64,000 nt of DNA from Gracilinanus agilis (GCF_016433145.1 NC_058132.1:490964049-491028048), one strand, 5' to 3'; shown: positions 39,641 through 51,946, counted from the first letter of the stretch. Notes: generated from the sequence alone by a model not told the origin. Translations and numbers: made by a program.

Positions 39641-41320
39641 CCCTAACTACATCCTTCTCTATTCCACACAGGCTCAAATTGGATTGAAGTGAAGTAACGC
39701 ATACTTTGAAGTCAGCTTCCATGTCTGGTTAATTTAGCAAATCTGGTCAACAGTGGAGTTGGAGACTTTGAGTTTATTCTTAGACTGCAAGACTGAGAGG
39801 CACAGGGAGAGTATGGAAGGAATAAATATGGCCTCAGTGCAAATAAAAAGCAAAGATGTTGTCTACCAAAAGGGTGTGTAAAGTTATAGACATGTTAAGG
39901 CCTAGACACATACCAGTCTCAAGTTTTCAGCTTGCTCTCCCTTAACTATAGCAATTACGAACAGAAGAGCATGCCTTGGCTTCCAAAGAAAAAAATATAA
40001 AGCCAAAAAGGCCCATGTTTCTTTCTGTCACTTGAGACTCTTGATAGGGTCCCCAAAGTTCCTTTGCCTAAACATTTAAAATCTAATTTGTCACTTTGGT
40101 ACTAGGCCATGTTTTCTTCATTTTGTTCTCTTTGCAATGAAAGCTCCAGCATTGTTTTGATGAGAGTTCCCAGAGCTGCACATTGCATTTGGATGAGTGG
40201 TTAAATGGAGTAGAGATGCTAGAATGGCACTGCATTTTATAGGTTCATTTCTGTTTTTCTATGGCAGCAAAACAGCTCTTACAAACAAAGGCCTCTCCGT
40301 GACTCAGCTTCAAGCATGATTCATAAATCTACTTTTCCCCTCTTGCTGATTTTTATAGGCATCTATTGTCCACACCCTGACCCACACACACTGTTACACA
40401 TTTGATTCTCCAGTTGACTCAAGTTTATACCATGTAGTCTTGTGCCTTTAGGAAAACTACCTCTAAAAGTTTTCTTAAATAAAAACATCCAAAGATAGGA
40501 AAAAATATATATGTAATGGCAGGATTATGCTTAAATCCAGATGTCTCAGTCTTTTCTATTTTGGAAATTCCTTGTTAACAAAACTATGTGATTGTGAATT
40601 TATTTAATAATGAATTTTCCATTTTCTCCCTTCATTCTATTATTTTAGTGTGTCACAGTTCCCCTGAATAATGAATCATCAAAAGGGAAAAGGGAGAGAG
40701 TGGTGTGGGAGGCATTATCCTATTTCATGCTTAATGGATAAAGCAGTTAACTTTTCCTTTTTACAAATCTATTTCATATTCCTTTGTGCAGTTATAAAAG
40801 CTAGATGAGTTTGATCATCTCAGTTTAGTTTCTTTTGGTAATCAAATAGACATAATCAATAGATATATTGGTGATAGACAATCAGTAAACTAAAGAGCCT
40901 TTGTAAGTGGAAGGAGGATAAATAGAAGTGGCATTAGTTCATCTTTCTGTCCCCAAATCAAAGGATATATAAAAGTATAATGATATTTTGAGTTAAGGTT
41001 ATTTTTCAAAGGGGAGGAGCTCAGCCAGAAGGTCTCTGCATGATAACCAGCCTCTAAATGTGGAAATGCTAGTCTTAGCTCTTCTCTTCTATCAAGAATA
41101 TCACTTCCCACTCCACCCTCACCCATTCCATCTCACCCCTAGGTAATAAAACAACATTATTTTTTAAAGTGCTTTGAGGCAATATTTTGATGCATCCATG
41201 ATCTCACTAATTACCTCCACCTACCCATCCCTTCTCATTCTATGACCTTCTTGTCGATGGTCTTCCATAAATCCCCCATAAAGCATCTCTCCAATAAACC
41301 AGAGAGGCCTTTCTCTGGAG

Positions 41321-41498
41321 TAGAGGTTCTTCTTTGAAACCCATTGGTACTCTGATGAAGCCTATGGATCCCTTCTCAGAATAAAATTTTAAATGCATAA
41401 AATTAAATACATAAAATTCAAAGGGAAAAAATTATATTGAAAGACAATGCTCAAAATATCTTAAAAACAATTCACAGACCTCATGTTAAAAATCTCTG
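41321..41498. mobile_element. hAT-Charlie MITE (Charlie4-like)
   Basis: tgaagcctatggatcccttctcagaataa...aaatgcataaaat; flanks CTCTGGAG / CTCTAGAT. Confidence 0.7.
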
Positions 41499-41568
41499 CT
41501 CTAGATCATTTAATATTTCATAGATACCAGTATAGTATTCAACTAGCCCATCTGTTAGGATCATTACT

Positions 41569-41579
41569 TGACCCACATA
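41569..41579 (-). promoter_or_regulatory. Candidate RORE (TATGTGGGTCA)
   Basis: Exact match to WAWNTRGGTCA. NPAS2 is a known ROR/REV-ERB target, but 1-2 matches are expected by chance in this window. Confidence 0.2.
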
Positions 41580-42974
41580 CCTTCTTTCCCTTTTGTGTAT
41601 GTATTTGCTGATCCTTTTTCTCCTGCTTCTTGCATACCAGTTATTGATTGATTGATTCCACTATACCACAACATGGTACAGTGGAAAGTGTAAGAGATTT
41701 GGAGTCAGAGGTCCTGGGTTTGAGTTCCAGGTCTCCTCCCTACTGCCTATGTAGTAATTAACCCCTCCAGGCCTTAGAACCTCATCTGTAAAATGGTGGA
41801 GAGAAATTTAGATGGCCTATGAGATCCTTTCCATCTTTAAATCTATGATTCCATGATTATTTGAACCATAGCCTACTGGCAGCTTCCATTTGTATTATCC
41901 AAAGCCTTTTGGTTTATCTGAAAATTATAGTCTCTGGACATCATGGTGATCCATGATTAGCAACTATATAACATCACTGTTTAAAAAAATGAATATTTGT
42001 TATAAGGAGAAACTTTATTTCTGGTTGTATCACTCAAGGAATTTTGCATGGAAGATACTTTGTTGGAGGGAAGACTTTAGGCCTATCTAATAAAATGTTA
42101 CTTGAAAGCAACCAGCAGTAGAAAAATGTTATATTCTCCATTTTTCTTTCTTTTTTTCAGCAGCTTGCCTTTTATTTATTTTACAGTTTTTAAACTGAAC
42201 TCTCCTCTTAATGGTACTATAACTTTCCTTTATACTGGTCATATGAGTACTGGAGGGGGCAGGAAGCTGGTCATGGGGGAAGGAACTCAGTTAGTTGTAT
42301 AACTATGAAGGTGTATTTTCCTATATTTCCTATATCCTCTTATTTTCTTATATTTTTCACAGAACAATAAAAGCAAAGCCTTAATAGGAAATTCTAGTCT
42401 TAGCTCTATAGAGAGCAAAGTAGGACTGTAACATATGACCTCTCTTGTCAACATAGTAGAAGTAAAGACAGAATTTATGAGAGCTGAAGAGTTTGACGAA
42501 CTAGGAAACTAGTTTGGCTAAAGAGGAGGGAGATGAGAGGATATTGAAAAACTGGAGACCAATAACTGAATTTATTGGACTTGGAAGTTTATAGATATCA
42601 TGGAATCATAGAACCATAGGTTTTAAAGTTGAAATAAACCTCAAGGATCTTCTAGTCCTACTTCCTTATTTTATAGGTTAGAAATAGGTTAGAAGTAGAA
42701 GGTAGGCTAGGAGAGGACAAGGGATTCAACTTGCTCTATATACCATAGGTGGTAAGTGGTAAAGCCAAGATTAGACCCTAAGCATGCTAAATCCAAAGCT
42801 TTCTTCATTTTACAATGCTGACAACAACAATAGTCTTCAGCATTTGGAATGAACTTCATTGGAGTAGAGGTGGGTTGGTTGCTGAGTGACATGTCAGAAG
42901 GGAGTCTGAAAGTGTGAGTGGGGTGTATGAAGTTTGGCAATTCTTCCTTCTGACTTCCTATCTAGCTCCCTACG

Positions 42975-45000
42975 GGAACAAGAATGCCCTCCATATCATA
43001 TGTAATAAAGAAACATATAGCCTTTGCTTGAGGATGTCCAGTGAGGGAGAAATCTACTACCTCCTGAAGTTGGCCATTTCACTTTTGGATAACTTTTATT
43101 GTGAAGTTTTTCTTTCCATAAAGCCTAAGCTTTCCTTCTGGAAATTTTCACCCATTTCTCCTAGGGGGAAAAAAAAGTCTAAACTCTCTTTCATATAATA
43201 GCCCTCCAATATATTTCTGCCCCCATATACTCAACTGCTTACTTGAAGATAGATTGTAGTTCTCCCCAATCCCTCAATTCTTCTCCAGGCTAAATATCCC
43301 TATTTTCTTCCACCAATCCTTCTATAGCAGGAAGACAATAGCTTGGCTACTCTCCTCTGGATATTTCATCAATGTCATTCCTAAATGTGGCTCCTGAAGC
43401 TGAACACAGCACTCCAAATATGATCTCACCAGTAGGCATATTACGTCCCTAGTGCTTGATGTCATGTTTCTCTTAATGCATTAATTGCCATGTGATATTG
43501 TTGACTTATATTGCATTTGCAACACACTAAAAACCCCCAGACTGTTTTGAAAGAAAGTCTTGCTTTGGCCATCTTTTAGTTATGAAGTTAGTTTTATGTG
43601 CATCTAAGTATAAATCTTTGTATTTATTCCTACTAAATTTCATCTTCTTATATCAGCCAAATGTTGTTACCCGCTAAAAAATTTTTGGATTTTGACCCTG
43701 CCAGCCATTGTATTAACTATCCTTCTCAGCTTTGTATTTTATGAAAATTTGATAAAGATATTATCTATGGGGTCAACTATGTGGCTCAGTGGATAGAATG
43801 CCAGGCTTGGAAATTGGAGGTCCTGGATTCAAATCTGGCCTTAGATACTTCCTTGCTGTGTAACCCTGAGCAAGTCACTTAACTCCAGTTGTCTAGCCCT
43901 TACTGCTCTTCTTCTTTGGAATAGATACTTATTATTGATTCTAAGAAGGAAAGGGTTTAAGGAAAAAATTACTATCTTTTTATACAAGACATTGAAAAAA
44001 TGGTGACCAACACAGGGCTAAATGTAGTTGTGGGTGGGGGCAGGAAGTTGGGGAGGAGAGAACTATTTTTCACCTTTCAAATTGACTTCAAATTGTTAAT
44101 GACCATATTCTAGAACCAGTGTATTCCACATCTTTATATCTCTTCTATAAGAATAGCATGCGAGACATTTATATAATATTTGATAATCTAGTTTAGCTGT
44201 AAATTATTTCCCTCAAGCTAGCCATTTCTTCATTTCCTACCAGGTTACACTCCTTTGGATTCCTCCATCATCTGGCCAGTATCTCTTCATTCTCCAAGAT
44301 TACATCAGTCCTTATGCTCACACTTCATCAATAATTTATTCCATGGGGGTCCTTCTGGTTGGAGGGCAGAAGGCTCTTCCCAGAACCCCTATTTAAATTG
44401 AGGCCCAATCCAGTTCTTTCCTCATTTCCTACCTCGATGGCTAAGCTCCTTTGACTTTTCCTCATGCCCCCTGGCTTGATTTCTTCCCTCCTCCTCAACT
44501 CATTTCCCTTCCCTTTGATTTCCCCTATTAGATTGGAAGCTCCTGGAAAGCAAAAACTTTCTTTTATCTTTCTTTGTATCCCCTGAGCTTAGCATAGTAC
44601 CTGGCACCTAGCGACAATTAATAAATATTTATGGGCTGAGTGACTGAAAAGCAGAAAAAAATGATAAGAAAATGCCATTAGCTCTTCTTACTATAGTCAT
44701 TCTGGTTCTTTGTGATGCCTGTTTACTTTTCTTGGTGTTCACTTATCCTCTTTTACAATAAATTCTAGGATTTTCCCAGTAATCAAAGTCTAACTGACCT
44801 TTAGTTTGAAGACTTCACCTCCTTTCTTCTTTTGAAAACTGGAGAGCTTACTTCTACAAACTTCTACAGACTTAAAGTACCACTCTGATTTTCCAGAGTC
44901 ATTAAGAGATTCTTGACAATGGCTTAGCAGTCCCATCTGCCAATTCTTTGGTTAGCCTAAAATATTCTTCATCCCAGTGCATGGCCTTTTTGGCTTCCTT
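42975..45000 (-). mobile_element. L3/CR1 LINE, long fragmented antisense copy
   Basis: gctgaacacagcactccaaatatgatctcaccag, ttcttctccaggctaaata, attcctactaaatttcatc and ggcttagcagtcccatctgccaattc; interrupted by SINE and L2 pieces. Confidence 0.7.
43769..43968 (+). mobile_element. SINE1_Mdo-type SINE inserted in L3
   Basis: gtggctcagtggatagaatgccagg...attgattctaagaaggaaagggtttaa. Confidence 0.85.
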
Positions 45001-45229
45001 GGTGTGGCCATTGTCACATCAGTTAAATTTCTTTAAGAAATGATGATAATCATTCAGTTCCTTTACTTATTTTCATTTTTTGTTTTTCAAAGTCAACAAC
45101 CTTTTTTTAAATTTGTTAATATAGATTGGGTTGGAGTTGCATTTGCACACAGTACCTTTTCAAGGGTGAAGAGTGCGTTCCTTATCCTTCTGTTCTAATT
45201 TGATGATAATTTTGACTCCTGCTCTAAAG

Positions 45230-45411
45230 CAGGGGTTCTTAAATTTTTTGTGTCATGGATCCCCTTTGGCAGTATGGTGAAGCCCATGAACTTTCCAGAA
45301 TGTTTATAAATGCATAAAATAAAATAAATAGGATAACAAAGGAAACCAATTGTGTTGAAATAGTTACTGATTTTTTTTTTAAGTTCATGGATATGGGGTT
45401 AAGAATCCTTG
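45230..45411. mobile_element. hAT-Charlie MITE (Charlie4-like)
   Basis: TIRs CAGGGGTTCTTAA / TTAAGAATCCTTG; left flank CTCTAAAG. Confidence 0.8.
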
Positions 45412-46079
45412 TTATAATCAGTAGATGATGATAAGACTTCACTTGTTTCCAGGCAACAAAGAAATAAAATACTAGAGTTACCTTTAGGTACAACTAATAA
45501 TAAAGAGAAAAAGAGGTGATTTTAGTTCACATTAGTGAACAGTTTCCAAAGCATATTTCATTTTAAAAATATAATCAGTGAAATAACATTTACAGGCTCC
45601 CACACATGTGATATAAAATTAATCTAAAGTGACACATTGCCTACTCACTGTAGCTGATGGTAAGGACATAAGGCAAAAGTTCCATTGACAATAAATAAAA
45701 CACTAAGCCAACCAATGGTGGATTGAGAATACATGTCCTCGCTTTTTTTTTTGTAATGATTTCAGCTACTTCTTGATATAGTGAAATAAATGAAAAAGTT
45801 TTATGTTTATTTGGTTGGGAGGAATTTGAGAGCTAAGTTGGACCTTGTAATTTAAATGATTTGTTAGCCTACTTTACTGAAATCTTCACATTTTTGTTTT
45901 CTAGAAGCATTATTACCACTACCAGCATGATCATTAAGTAAAAAAATAGAATTGATTTTTAATAATTTCTGAGCTTTGTGGTAATGTAGTATGAATCAGT
46001 GGACTTACAGGCAGAATCAGTTGACCCAAGGTCAGCATATTCTGAAGGGAAGAGTGATGGAAATAGTTTCTTAGTAATA

Positions 46080-46290
46080 TAGATATCTATGATTTGGGGT
46101 TTTGGTTTTATAAGATTATTCTCTTACAAAAATGAATAATATGGAAATGTGTTTTGAGTGATAATACATGTATAATCCAGTTGAATTGCCTGTCAACTCT
46201 GGGAGGAGGAGGGAAGAAGAGGGAGAGACAACAAGAATCATCAAATTTTATAAAATGTATGTGTAAATTTGTTATTGGAATAAAATAAAC
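46080..46290 (+). mobile_element. Marsupial L1 3'UTR end
   Basis: Reverse-complement similarity to 38337-38530 (ttttggttttataagattatt...caaaaatgaataatatggaaa). Confidence 0.75.
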
Positions 46291-46291
46291 A

Positions 46292-46490
46292 TTTTTAAAC
46301 TCTTACCTTCTGTCTTAGAATCAATACTGTGTTTTGGTTCCAAGGCAGAAGAGTGATAAGGGCTAGGCAATGGGAGTTAAATGACTTGCCCAGGATCACA
46401 TAGCTAGAAAGTGTCTGAGACCAGATTTGAACCCAGGACCTCCCATCTGTGGGCCTGGCTCCTAATCAACTGAGCCACCCAGGTACCCCC
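46292..46490 (-). mobile_element. SINE1_Mdo-type SINE, well preserved
   Basis: Full body; TSD-like flanks taaaataaa(c/g)attttt; inserted in an L1 tail. Confidence 0.9.
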
Positions 46491-47002
46491 TAAAATAAAG
46501 ATTTTTTTAAAAAGAATATGGATACCTGCTCAGGTGGGCTTCAATTCTATATGACCTCTGGTATCAGCCTTGTGATTCTGTGTTCTAGTTACTCTATTAG
46601 ATCTTTGACAAATAGCAGTGGAAGATGTTATTTGCCACATACCCTCTTACTTCCACGATCTAGTGTGAAGATTATGAGTACAATTGGATACTACAGTATT
46701 AGAGAGGCAAAGTATCTTTGATTCCTTATGGAGGCACGGGATTTACCTGATGAATCGAAGACAGGGTTTTTAAGACTTCCCTCTTTTCTAGTCAGTTGCC
46801 TTGACCTGTGATTGTCACTCTCTCGACCATTTACCTTTTTTAAATATTTCTGGGAGCAGTCTAGAGTCCAGAGGTCTCAGAGATCCCCTAGGAACCATTC
46901 TGTAGGGTTTTAGGAAATATTTCTATATGGAACTCATTAGCCAGCTGCCTCCCTACTCCTTTCAAACACATACAACTTCTCTTATTGGGTAATAGTCTAA
47001 GA

Positions 47003-47190
47003 CAGTGATGTGCAAAGATGGGGGCCCCCTGAAATGTTTTATCCAGCCAGGGGACATTATTCCTAATCTGACGAATACAATGAGTAGGATACAATTCAAT
47101 TAAACTTCGAAAGAGTTGCCTTAGAAACAGACTGACAGATGAGCATTTCCTTTCCCTTGGCCCCCACTTTAAAAAGTTTGCCCATCACTG
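47003..47190. mobile_element. hAT MITE, 188 bp, perfect TSD
   Basis: TIRs CAGTGATGTGCAAA / CAGTGATGGGCAAA (13/14); TSD GTCTAAGA at 46995-47002 and 47191-47198. Confidence 0.92.
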
Positions 47191-47315
47191 GTCTAAGATA
47201 TTTTATTTCCTATTAATCCCCTTCAAGCAGTCTGTGTGTCACCTAAAAAGGATTCAACTGTCAAATTCTCTGGGAATTCTTCTTTGATTGACTTCAATTA
47301 ATAATGAACTTTCCA

Positions 47316-47504
47316 GGGCAGCTGGGTAGCTCAGTGGATTGAGAGCCAGGCCTAGAGACGGGAGGTCCTAGGTTCAAATCTGGCCTCAGACACTTCCCAG
47401 CTGTGTGACCCTGGGCAAGTCACTTGACCCCCATTGCCTTCCCTTATCACTCTTCCACCAAGGAGCCAATACACAGAAGTTAAGGGTTTAAAAATATAAA
47501 AAAA
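47316..47504 (+). mobile_element. Young SINE1_Mdo-type SINE with 16-bp TSD
   Basis: TSD AATAATGAACTTTCCA at 47300-47315 and 47505-47520; intact A/B boxes and a retained CpG. Confidence 0.95.
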
Positions 47505-47856
47505 AATAATGAACTTTCCAGAAAGACTTCAAGTAATGAATGAAAAAAATAAGTAGAAATTACATAGCATCTAATAAATCTACACTATACTCAGCACTTT
47601 ATAAATATCTTAGTTGATCCTGACAACAGCCCTAGGAGGTAGATGCTCTTATTATTTGCATTTTACAGTTGAGGAAACTGAGACAAACAGATTACCCAAG
47701 ATTATACCCCTACTAAGTGCCTGAGGCTGGATTTGAACTCTAATCATCCTGACTCCATGCTTGTACTCTATCCACTATACCATTTAGGTGCCTCATGACA
47801 CTTTTTGTTCTCTCTCCACATATGCACACCCCCAACTTTTCCCCTTCCTCTTAGAC

Positions 47857-48260
47857 CAGATGGTGAACCTTTTAGAGACCTCATGCTGTCCCCCTCCCTT
47901 ACCCTTACCCCACACAAGGGAGGGAGGAAGTACTCCCATTGGACTGCTGGGCAGAGGAGTGGGTGAAGTGAGGAATGTCCTCAGGTGGTGGAGAGGGGGA
48001 GAAGAGTAGCCTGAGTGCTCTGCTCCCCTCCAGCTATGCCACCTGTGAGCCACCCACCTTATCACATTGGCTGCTGGGCACAGGGGTAAGGGGTGTGAAA
48101 CAATGTTGTCAGGCATGATGGAGAGGGCAAGGGGAGCAGTTCTGAGTCCCTCTGTCTTTCTAGTAATGAACTCTAGTTGGGGAGGGAGCATGGCATGATG
48201 CCCATAGAGAGCACTCTGTGTGCTATCTTTGGCATGCATGCCATAGGTTCACCATCACTG
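47857..48260. mobile_element. hAT non-autonomous element, about 404 bp (OposCharlie1/OC1-like termini)
   Basis: Right TIR (reverse complement) CAGTGATGGTGAACCTATGG; left CAG--ATGGTGAACCTTTT; GC-rich interior; flanks TCTTAGAC / ACTAAGCC (5/8). Confidence 0.75.
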
Positions 48261-49695
48261 ACTAAGCCTATAAGCCCCATGAGGAGAAAGATCTCATATC
48301 TAATCTTTGTATATCCTTCTGTCAGCTTCCCCTTCTTCCCCAGGAATTAGCACAATGCTCTACACTTAGTATTTGCTGAATTTAATTGACATAGAGAAGC
48401 TATTCCCTAACATGGCCAAAGAGATTTTATAAATTACTTTTCAGTGTCACTTTCTAAAAATGCTGTGAGATATAAGTAGTTTTACTCTATGGCAGAATGT
48501 ATCATTACAAACAGGCATAGAAATGTAGTGTGGTTTTGAAGGCAGAGTATGAATTGTGAAGAATGCTGAGTGATGTCCACCAACTCATCATGAACTTAAG
48601 AGTTCTCACCCTTTCAATTTTATTGTATCCTTGTTAGGCCTGACAACAACCACTACAGACTCCCTTTGTCTTGCCCTTTTCTCAGTTGTGTCTTCTTGTT
48701 CTACTGTCTAGGAATCAACATATTCTAACTTTATTTAGGTATTACCTCTGCTGATAAGAAAGGAAGTACTTCCATTTTAGGACTATCAACCAACAAGGAT
48801 TTTATTAAACCCTTATTGTGTGCAAGGTACTAGGCTCCTAGCTGATAGAGACAAAAATGAAACAATTCCTATCCTTAAAAAGTTTAAATGCTAGCACTTA
48901 GGGCTTGAAGGGACCTCAAAAATTATCATTTTTCCATAGTCCTTTGTTAAATTAAAAACCAATAGTTAGATGCCTGCTGGCATCTAGTACCTTTAAAAGA
49001 AGTATCAGCAGCCAGGCCTTTGGTTCTGCCTTATCTCTTGTTAAACCAACTCCAAAGACAAGTTAAAAACTATAGTTTTCACCCCAAAACCCTTTTTAAG
49101 CTATATGTTCCTATATCCAAATATGTCCATTGGTAGAAATGCAAATTAGGCTACTGGAAATGGAAAGAGGCCGGAAATCTTAATGTCAGATGTGAGTTCC
49201 ATGGGTTATCACTGTTATAAGAATGCTGTGCAATTTTGACTGTGACCCTTAAATTCTCTATGCTATGGTTTTCATTATTGTAAAATGAGGATAATAGTGC
49301 CTTCCCAGTTAAGCTCCAAGTATTCTTGCATAAGAATCAATTGAGGGCATATACATTAAAAGATTTTGAAAAGTTGAAGGATTGCATAAAATATATGTTA
49401 TTATTAATGAAGGATGCTGCCCTACTTAGCAGGACTTTGCCCCCCTACCCTCAATTTGTTCATCGTCATTAACAACTCAATTTTGCTTTTTCCTATAGTC
49501 AACTAGTCTACACATACTAAACTGTTTATTTTCTTCTTTTCATTAGGGATATAATTTTGCCTTTTAGATATACACTAGTAGACTCAGCTAGTTATATTTA
49601 ACAAAGATATTTAAGAGATTTATATGAACAAACAATTATACAATCTGTAGTTGGAAAGTTTGGTTTATTTAATTTCTTCAAAAAGTACTTAGTAA

Positions 49696-49820
49696 GGGGT
49701 AGCTAGGTAGCACTGTAGATAGAGCAATAGGCCTAGAGTCAGGAAGATTCAAATCTGGTCCCAGATACTTCCTAGCTATGTGACCCTGGGCAAGTCACTT
49801 AATCTCAATTGCCTAAAAAA
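49696..49820 (+). mobile_element. Short CORE-SINE (WSINE1/SINE1-like)
   Basis: ggggtagctaggtagc...gtgaccctgggcaagtcacttaatctcaattgcctaaaaaa. Confidence 0.8.
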
Positions 49821-50294
49821 TGATACTAAGAAAGAAAGCAAAGGTCATATTAAATATACACATATATTTATGTTAAATATATATACATACATATATCTAT
49901 ATAGATATAGCTTTACTAGCTATGTGAAAGGTATGCTTAGTTAAATCATATCATATAACATGAGTAAAGTACTGTGCAAACCATAAAGTACCATATAAAT
50001 GCTAACTCTTTTAGAAGGAGCTGGTCTGGGGAGATAATTAGTTTGGTTTTTGGACTTGTTGAATTTGAGGAACCAATGAGGAATCTATGGGGGAAAGCCC
50101 AGCATGTAATTGGAAAAGGACTAAAACTTGGTGAAAGCTGGAAATAAAGGTCTATGTCTAGCAATATGTGTAAACATGATTATTATGACCGTGAAAAAGG
50201 ATGAGGTCACAAAGGAAAAGAAAATACAAGAAAAAAGGGCCAAGGACAGGATTTTGGAAATATATGAAAAAGGATTGTTTATTAAGCCATTTTT

Positions 50295-50505
50295 CACTTG
50301 TGTCCAACTCTCCATGACCCCACTTTGGGTTTTCTTGGCAAAGATACTGGAGTGGCTTGCCATTTTTGTTTCCAGCTCATTTTACAGATGAAGAAACTGA
50401 GGCAAAACTTGCCCACAATCACCCAGCTAGGATTAGGTCTGAGGTCAGATTTGAACTTGCAAATGTGAATCTTCCTAACTCTATCCATTGTGCCACTTAG
50501 CTGCT
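50295..50505 (-). mobile_element. Mar1 SINE
   Basis: tgtgtccaactctccatgacccc...ttcttggcaaagatactggagtggcttgcc. Confidence 0.85.
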
Positions 50506-50648
50506 GGAATAAGAGAGAGACTTCTCTAAATATGGTCAGAAAGGAGGAGAAAATACAGATAAGGTATGGTCAGAAAGGAAAAAGTAGAAGTAAGGTGACA
50601 AAGTAAGGCAGAAACAGATATTGCAGAGAAACCTAAAATGGCAAACCC

Positions 50649-50848
50649 GGAGGCGGCTAGTTCAGTGAATTGAGTGCCAGGTCTAGAGATGGGAAATCCT
50701 GGGTTCAGATTTGGCCTCAGAAACTTCCTAACTGTGTGACCCTTGACAAGTCACTTAACTTCCATTGCACAACCCTTACAACTCTTCTGCTTTGGAACCA
50801 AAACACAGTATTGATTCTAAAACAAAAGGTAAGGGTTTAAAAAAAAAA
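50649..50848 (+). mobile_element. SINE1_Mdo-type SINE
   Basis: gattgagtgccaggtctagagatggg...cagtattgattctaaaac..aaggtaagggttt + poly(A). Confidence 0.85.
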
Positions 50849-51070
50849 GATGATGATGACTAAGAAAATCCCATGCAACTAGAAAATTAAGATACCACTG
50901 GAGACTTGTGAAAATTTTTAATAGAATGATGGTGGTGATGAAACCAGATTGCAAAGAATAAGGAATAAGGAAGGGAAGCAAAGAAATAGAGATAGTTGGT
51001 CTGGAGTATTCTTTTTGGGAAAAAGAGAGAGGGGAATGGTTAAGATAGTCAAGAGAACTAAGGGGGAACT

Positions 51071-51267
51071 GGGCAACTGGGTAGTTTAGTGGATTGAGAG
51101 CCAGGCCTAGATGGGAAGTCCTCAGTTCAAATCTGGCCTCAGACATGTCCTAGCTGTGTGACCCTGGGCAAGTCACTTAACCCCCATTGCCTAGCACTTA
51201 CCACTCTAATGCCTTGGCACCAATATACATTATTGATTCTAAGATGGAAGTAAAGAGTTTAAACAAA
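51071..51267 (+). mobile_element. SINE1_Mdo-type SINE
   Basis: gggcaactgggtagtttagtggattgagagccagg...attgattctaagatggaag. Confidence 0.87.
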
Positions 51268-51744
51268 AGAGAGAGAAATGAGGAAGGATTTTTCCCGCTT
51301 TGGATGGGGAGACCGTGGTATGTCTATAGATGATAGTAAAGGGAGACAATGGAGAATGAGTGACTGGAGAAGAAAGAAGAAATTATTATTGTTTCCCAAA
51401 AGAAGTAGCTTTGCAAAGGAAGAGTACTTCTTCCTCCTCATCAGGAGGGAAGGAAAGAATGAATGAAGATACAGAGGGAATTCTTTTGGATAGTTTCTGT
51501 CTTCTCAGTAAAATAAAGGAAACACTGATGAGAAAAAGAGAAGTATGGTTAAGGGCTTAGAATCATAACTTTAAAACTGAAAGGACTTAGAAGCTATCTA
51601 CTTGACTCCTTTTTCATGTTACAAATAAAGAAACTGAGGCTCAGAGAGATTAATTGATTTGCCAAAGGTCACATAGCTATTAAAAGTGGAAGAAGAGCAT
51701 TTTGGATCCAGATACTCTTGACTTCAAATTCATTGCTGTTTCCA

Positions 51745-51946
51745 TTGTATCAACCTGCCTCTCTGAAGAGTGGGAAAGGTTTTGAAAAACAACTCTTGGA
51801 AATGAAGGACTAACAAAATATGAAAAATATATATANTTGTATCAACCTGCCTCTCTGAAGAGTGGGAAAGGTTTTGAAAAACAACTCTTGGAAATGAAGG
51901 ACTAACAAAATATGAAAAAAAAAAAATATATATATATATATATATA
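51745..51946 (+). repeat. 92-bp-period duplication across a single N (51836); probable assembly artefact
   Basis: 51745-51835 is repeated from 51837; the copies differ only in the A-run/(TA)n length. Confidence 0.9.

Larger units (their letters stand above)
49985..51560 (-). mobile_element. L2 LINE, fragmented antisense copy hosting three SINEs
   Basis: ggggagataattagtttgg...ttgaatttgagg, ggtggtgatgaaaccagattgc and ggatggggagacc. Confidence 0.6.

Noticed and set aside
47316-47400. tRNA-like A/B boxes (here and in other SINE heads)
   Set aside because: These are tRNA-derived SINE promoters with no cloverleaf or acceptor stem, so not tRNA genes.
47793-48239. Longest ORF in the track (148 aa, minus strand)
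   Set aside because: Lies almost entirely in the GC-rich hAT non-autonomous element; no transposase or host-protein motif.
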